A stretch of DNA of 64,000 nt, taken from positions 842,149-906,148 of the forward strand of contig JAEHCO010000001.1 in the NCBI GenBank assembly GCA_020697715.1. Direction: 5' to 3'. Each line of letters begins with the position of its first letter. Within the stretch, counting starts at the first letter, position 1. Source of the stretch: Methanobacteriota archaeon. Its GTDB lineage: Archaea; Thermoplasmatota; Thermoplasmata; SG8-5; JAGLSY01. This document shows, in pieces, positions 59,601-64,000 of this stretch. A program made the position numbers and the translations under genes. A model generated the notes under the pieces. It ran no database searches, was not told where the DNA came from, and saw nothing but the letters and a program-made list of their open reading frames with translations.

Positions 59601-61421
59601 ACTGATCTCATATTCCATATAGTCTCCAGTGACCATGCCCTGGGATTGATCAATGACCATCATTTCTTTTGAATCTCCTATGAAGTAAAGGCTATTATCC
59701 AGATGGATCCTGCCCCATCCCTCGTCCATATTGGGGATATCCGGGGTTCCAATGTCAACAGCCCCGTTTATCATGGTAGCTTTGAGAAGAGCCGCGGACG
59801 GACTCCATCCATTGGCATTTACAGGATATCCTTTAGGATACCATCCTTCTCTGTAATATTGGCGGACCATGGCAGCTGCTCCACCTGCTGCGGCTGTTGC
59901 CCAGCTTGTTCCCTGCATTGTTTGATATCCGCCGCCTCCATCAACTGACTGAACTGATTCACCAGGAACCACGATGTCTGGCTTGATACGGCCATCCATC
60001 GCAGGCCCTCTACTGCTGAATGCTGATACAGTGATCCCATCACTGCTGGCCGAGCCAACTCCTATCACATTCTTTGATTCGGCCTGGCAATCTATAGTGT
60101 ATCCTGATGGTCCATCACCGCCTACTGACCAGAACATGGAGAAATCCTGACTATCATAGACGTATGAGTCGATCATGACACATTGATCCCTGTATCCTGA
60201 ACCACCACCCCAGCTATTGCTCTGTATCTTTGAATCGTAATTATCTTCTGTGAATTTGAATAGATCATTATAGTAATCCTCGGGCGGGTATACATATTGC
60301 CATTCAAGGATATCAGGTGTCGCTGCATCATCTTCTCTCATTATGTCCTGCATCACGATCTCCGCCATGAAAGCATGACCATCATATGTACCAGGATTCC
60401 AAATTCCATAAGGTGCTCCATCTCCTGCTATGACACCGGCTGCGAAGCTTCCGTGAAAGGCTGAACCTGATTCATCCCCTAATTGGCCATCTGCACCTTC
60501 GGGAACATAGTTAGCCTTGACCTTGAGATAATTGCCTGGAATGCCATATACCGCCCCATTGAAACTATCATGATCAATATCTGAAAGCCCAATTCCCTCT
60601 GCAATACCCGAATCTGCGATAGTGACGACCTCTCCGCGGCCATTAATGCCCTGTGCATGAAGTGGGCGGGTCGTACTTCCGGATTGGACCAGTGGAACAT
60701 TATCATCATTCGAAGGCTCTGCGAGTACAAATTCAGAGACCCATTTGACCTCTGGCCTTGATATTAAATAACTTATCAAGGAAGCATCAACTTCCGCATT
60801 TACAGTATTGACTTCTCTGGAATTCGCAATGCCCAGTATATTTCCACCAGAGTTTTTCGTGATCTCCCTCACGATGTCGCCATTGGACGAGCCCGGGAAT
60901 AATGTGATACTTAATTTCACGATTCCAGTCGCTGTTGCCAATGCCGGGTCCACTTTGTAAGCTGGCTCGTAGCTTCCGCACCATCTGATATCCTGAAGTG
61001 CATTGACCTTGCCTTTGGCATTCGTGTTCATCGTGACGAGAAGTGCATTGTCAGGAATATAACTGACAATGGTCGCCCCTGCCTTTATTATACCACTCTT
61101 CCACTCCTCGGTTATCTTGCCAGGAGCTTGGATGATATATGGCTGTTCCACCCAGGGAGAATTACCATAGGAATTTGCAGATGCGATGATTGGAGCATTA
61201 CCGCCAATTGGGTCGAATGATCCATATTTCAATTTGATCATACCATTCGAATTGCCAGTTGGTATGGCATCATCAATATCATTGGTAGGGACAATATCAT
61301 CATGACTATTATCTGCAAAACCAATTGTTATAGATGAGAATATAAGAGAAATAATTATAAAACCTACAAATAACCTGTTAACACTACCTAGCCCACTTTT
61401 TCTGTTCCCCATATCTTCCAT
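56655..61421 (-). CDS. Secreted S8 (KP-43-like) subtilisin-family protein with accessory domains and the shared C-terminal module
   Basis: Signal peptide; IADSG, FHGS, GTSW, FSSRGP..DGRIKPD, GWGRI and LVNDLDL. Confidence 0.88.
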   Translation of the reverse strand: MEDMGNRKSGLGSVNRLFVGFIIISLIFSSITIGFADNSHDDIVPTNDIDDAIPTGNSNGMIKLKYGSFDPIGGNAPIIASANSYGNSPWVEQPYIIQAPGKITEEWKSGIIKAGATIVSYIPDNALLVTMNTNAKGKVNALQDIRWCGSYEPAYKVDPALATATGIVKLSITLFPGSSNGDIVREITKNSGGNILGIANSREVNTVNAEVDASLISYLISRPEVKWVSEFVLAEPSNDDNVPLVQSGSTTRPLHAQGINGRGEVVTIADSGIAEGIGLSDIDHDSFNGAVYGIPGNYLKVKANYVPEGADGQLGDESGSAFHGSFAAGVIAGDGAPYGIWNPGTYDGHAFMAEIVMQDIMREDDAATPDILEWQYVYPPEDYYNDLFKFTEDNYDSKIQSNSWGGGSGYRDQCVMIDSYVYDSQDFSMFWSVGGDGPSGYTIDCQAESKNVIGVGSASSDGITVSAFSSRGPAMDGRIKPDIVVPGESVQSVDGGGGYQTMQGTSWATAAAGGAAAMVRQYYREGWYPKGYPVNANGWSPSAALLKATMINGAVDIGTPDIPNMDEGWGRIHLDNSLYFIGDSKEMMVIDQSQGMVTGDYMEYEISVTDASEPLKISLVWSDYQGDPAAAKALVNDLDLTLIAPGAMEYKGNVFSGGESMFNGSYDILNNVECAYLNIPSPGIYTIRIDASNIAIGPQNFALVATGNFDDGHGLIQMDRSVYDDSDIINFRLEDTNSFPPTVDITITGSVSGDSEIVTLNVLDFNSSVYTGSILTDMGIAAPGDGKLQVSDGETITTTYSDTSPIHDSIAYALIDIHEPVISNVFASEISGVSTIMTWDTDENANSTVYYRVFGSPTWTIIHDDHLVMDHQIPMTGLLGDTKYEFWVESADMYGRSTYDDYGGGYYTFSTRSATTGGPLIMLVDDDIGSISPLDGSPYELDWMNNLEYTGWTYSHWDMNVLGSPSTEDLNQASMIIWVPSEGFPQLSADDREALAGYLDQPLTSQGTVPMAYIVGQDIAWDMSLVGTDPDVTWCEDYLKAEYLGDDADGGGGDEGGGGPPGTDPFMVIDNGHVLNDIYNLDNMDLEQDVYGSSRFWPDDINAIAPGVAIWDYNDHEYGGTAAGVAQTGGGAAGTARIAFNAFSHNMIDSTNTGGNWDPAGSPPTIDLERAELLDETIQWLLGGNHPTADLVNPIGGETITSTTTYTIDWTISDATSVDVYYSPNSGQEYIKINGAPLPGSQTSLVWDISALEDADTYRIKVVGLGTATYAVLSDYSESMDFTIEHGVDNTPPITVPGSVVSDINPIEPGDSVNLNAIIDDSMTGESYITAAEWCLGETANWPGTPMNVVDGVWDEINEDVTVFIPGAVTAGWSIGEWNKLWVRGQDSSGNWAGSYATAIYIAGFLPEIPYDMGMDVGWRFVSFPVNVDNSVDIIFNDTIFGDGGTTWSSIMWYDPADAIDHWKCYDKAQAAAGLPQDMPDVDNTMGVWMYVTRNDGDNLLTMGETGSAPSGTVVTLQPGWNMVGYPSDTEGYTAGNLKVESGGMVMTIERFNDMSTYGIEPMPDGAAFQIGQAYWIYSNGFYPWMIP

Positions 61422-61599
61422 GTAATCTCCTCAGGATCATGCCTTGCCAGACATGCGTCAGGAAACAGTAATTAGCATATATTCTTTCAATGAATTGAAG
61501 AAAATATCAGCTAGCCCTCTTCCCTGATATTGTATATAATGCATTGTTTTTGACGTATTTAAGTATATTCTTTGTTATGTTTACTTATAAGTAATAGAT

Positions 61600-61648
61600 G
61601 AAAAAGATAAAAAGAAAGTAAAAGGGGGGAAGGCTTGGAACCTTCCCC
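61600..61648 (-). terminator. Hairpin plus T-tract terminator
   Basis: GGGGAAGG-CTTGGAA-CCTTCCCC (61626-61648) with a long T-rich tail on the minus strand. Confidence 0.65.
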
Positions 61649-61669
61649 ATTATGCTTTTCTTAGGCCGC

Positions 61670-64000
61670 CTATGGTATTATCCAGGCATATGCTCCTGTG
61701 GAGTACACCCAGTATCCTTCACCGATCTGGAATTGATCGATGTCCGGCATGACCTCTGTGTTATAGGCTGCTGCTCCATTGAAGCGCTCCACTGCTGTGA
61801 CTGAGCCACCAGAATCTGTTTTCAGATCTCCGGCTGTGTATCCCTCGACCTGTGATGGGAAACCGACCATGTTCCAGCCAGCCACCAGGTTTATCGTAGT
61901 ACCTGATGGATTGACGCCAGTTACCTTGATAAAGCCATCTCCCACAGTGTCCACGAATATCCAGGCTCCCATTTCCTCATCCATGTAATTGTGGTTGATT
62001 CCAGGGAATGCCGAGATGTAGGTCTTCCAGTTGCTGCCGGGAGCTGCACTTCCATCATAGTGGTGGAAAGTGTTCCAGGTGGTGTCACCATCTGTATCCA
62101 TCAGTGCATTTGGCAGAGATGTATCTCCAGGTAGTAATGGAAGTGAAACGAAGTTCCAGCCCGCTACTACAGGTATCAGATATTCCGGTGCTGTCACGGT
62201 GACTGTAACCGTAGTTACAGGTCCCCAACCATTTGGTCCGTTCCCACGAACACTCAAGATATGATCGCCAGCACCCCATGAGGACGTGTCAATGACCACT
62301 GTGAAGTTATCGAGTGGTCCATCCCAGAACAGATCGAATGGTGATGCTATTGCATTAGCCAGTCCTATGCCAGGATCGACAGTGTCGAACCATTCCGCAC
62401 CATATAGGAATGGGAACACATTCTCGTCAACGGTCGTATTGTCCACGATATCCGCAGTTAGGGTGATAATGCCTGTTCCTATGGTTATGCTCAGTGGTGT
62501 TACACCATCAGCCAGCACATTGAAGGCTCCGGGTAGTGTATCGAACTTGGAAACAATTCCCGAGTCTATACTATCGTATGTGCCATCTGTGGCAACCACG
62601 TAGTACCAGCAGTTCTCTGGATCCAGTATCTCATTGGTATCCACATACTGTGATGTACCAGCTCCAACGTTTCCAACCAGGCTGTATGGCCCTTCATACC
62701 ACTCGCTATTTGCCTCATCGGCCTTGTAGATGTCATAACCAGTCACATCATATGCTCCAGCACCATCATCACTTGACAATGTCCATGTCAGTATCAGATC
62801 ATCCGGACTTGTCGTGACGATAGTTTCCACATACATCTCATCAATGCTGACCACATCTGCTGTAGTGGTGTCAGCTGGGTCGGTATCTCGGACTGCAACA
62901 TAGAATGCTCCATTGAATCCAGCACCCAGGTCATATGAGAATTGATCAAGACCTGGTGTTGAGTCTGTGGCCATTAGGGTCTCCTCACCTGCGAATGCTC
63001 CTGTCTGGGAGTAGTAATACTCGAAGGTATCATCGCCAGTGAATCCCGTGGTCGCGTAGAACATGTGTGTGCTGCCTGCAGGTACACCCTGGAACTGCCA
63101 CTGATGCTCTAATGAATAAGAGGATCCTGCAGCACCATAATCGTAGGTCACCCATACGTAGTCAAAGTATACTGCATCTGCTCCGCCTGGATCATTGTTG
63201 ATGTAATGGACATCCAATGCCGCTATCTCCGCAATGGTGTCAACGCCATCTGCAAAAATATTATAGCTGGCCACTCGGTTATTATCACCATCGGTAGGCA
63301 CAATACCTGTTCCCAACCAAGCACCTCCTTCGTTGATGGAGAATTCTACATCATTTGTGGCACCGTGGCCCGCCTGAGTAGAGAACTTCATCCAAAGGGT
63401 TGCTGCACTTACTGGATCGGGGTTTCCAGATGTGTCAAAATTATCGATCCACATAATACCATTCTTGCCAATTGTGTTGGTTGTTCCGTCATCTCCATTG
63501 ATCTGCGCGACAGTTGTTCCTGCTGTATCTCCAGCCTCTATAACACTTGGCAGTGCATTGGCTGTTCCTCCGCCTGCTGAAAATAACTCAGTGATATCCT
63601 CTGTTACAGCATCTGCTGGCATCTGTGTCGCAGCATATGTGTTAACGATACCATTGTTTTCCACAGCTATATCACTGCTAGCTTGCTGGTAAAATGTTGA
63701 TCCTGCACCTCCAGGCTGACTTAGAAGATCAGTTACTGGGCCAGGTGGCATCGAGTTCACAGTGTAGATATTGATCAATGTCTCATTGTTTATAGCCACT
63801 GCATCTCCTGGAAGCATGCTCATCACGGATATCTCGTACTCTGCCTCATCATCGAAGTCATACATCCAGTTCATCTGCTCGGTCTCGAGTTGAGCCAGCG
63901 TCAGAGTGGTGTCTTTAACATTAGTGTAGAGTGAACCCAGGCCTGCTGTCTTCTTCGATATCCTTATATCGTCAACATTCCAGCCAGTTCCACCACCTGC
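61670..64000 (-). CDS. C-terminal part of a large secreted protein (FN3/beta-sandwich domains and the shared C-terminal module); start lies outside the window
   Basis: The frame stays open from 63874 to the edge (AGGGTGWNVDDIRI...). It ends GWNFVSLP...GWNMVGFP...GEGYWVYS. Confidence 0.85.
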   Translation of the reverse strand, partial: AGGGTGWNVDDIRISKKTAGLGSLYTNVKDTTLTLAQLETEQMNWMYDFDDEAEYEISVMSMLPGDAVAINNETLINIYTVNSMPPGPVTDLLSQPGGAGSTFYQQASSDIAVENNGIVNTYAATQMPADAVTEDITELFSAGGGTANALPSVIEAGDTAGTTVAQINGDDGTTNTIGKNGIMWIDNFDTSGNPDPVSAATLWMKFSTQAGHGATNDVEFSINEGGAWLGTGIVPTDGDNNRVASYNIFADGVDTIAEIAALDVHYINNDPGGADAVYFDYVWVTYDYGAAGSSYSLEHQWQFQGVPAGSTHMFYATTGFTGDDTFEYYYSQTGAFAGEETLMATDSTPGLDQFSYDLGAGFNGAFYVAVRDTDPADTTTADVVSIDEMYVETIVTTSPDDLILTWTLSSDDGAGAYDVTGYDIYKADEANSEWYEGPYSLVGNVGAGTSQYVDTNEILDPENCWYYVVATDGTYDSIDSGIVSKFDTLPGAFNVLADGVTPLSITIGTGIITLTADIVDNTTVDENVFPFLYGAEWFDTVDPGIGLANAIASPFDLFWDGPLDNFTVVIDTSSWGAGDHILSVRGNGPNGWGPVTTVTVTVTAPEYLIPVVAGWNFVSLPLLPGDTSLPNALMDTDGDTTWNTFHHYDGSAAPGSNWKTYISAFPGINHNYMDEEMGAWIFVDTVGDGFIKVTGVNPSGTTINLVAGWNMVGFPSQVEGYTAGDLKTDSGGSVTAVERFNGAAAYNTEVMPDIDQFQIGEGYWVYSTGAYAWIIP

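Overview
64 kb of an archaeal chromosome, most likely an uncultured Thermoplasmatota lineage (inferred from ArcS, MptA, PAC2, DUF835, the archaeal mevalonate operon, BRE/TATA-like promoters and large Thermoplasmata-style surface proteins). In order, the window holds: two TPR genes and a divergent FtsZ-like gene; an Aeropyrum-type mevalonate operon (mvk, UbiD-family decarboxylase, LpdD-like protein, AcnX large and small subunits); a DsbD-like gene facing a membrane polyferredoxin-thioredoxin fusion and two surface proteins; mptA and PAC2; a protein carrying a bacterial DnaA-type AAA+ domain between a DUF2226-like domain and DUF835; a GlcD/GlcF-like pair; a short AT-rich island encoding a HEPN-like ORF and a coupled TIR + 3-TM (RipA-like) gene pair; a TCA cluster (LarA, fumarase alpha/beta, sucCD, aconitase, ATP citrate lyase, monomeric IDH); arcS; and large secreted proteins that share one C-terminal module. 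The strongest candidates for something undescribed are the DnaA-ATPase signalling fusion, the TIR + membrane-effector defence pair, the LarA/GlcD route as a possible malate dehydrogenase substitute beside ATP citrate lyase, the ferredoxin-thioredoxin export fusion and the shared C-terminal module. All family assignments come from motif recognition by eye; no searches were run. No rRNA, tRNA, CRISPR array, transposase or integrase was seen.
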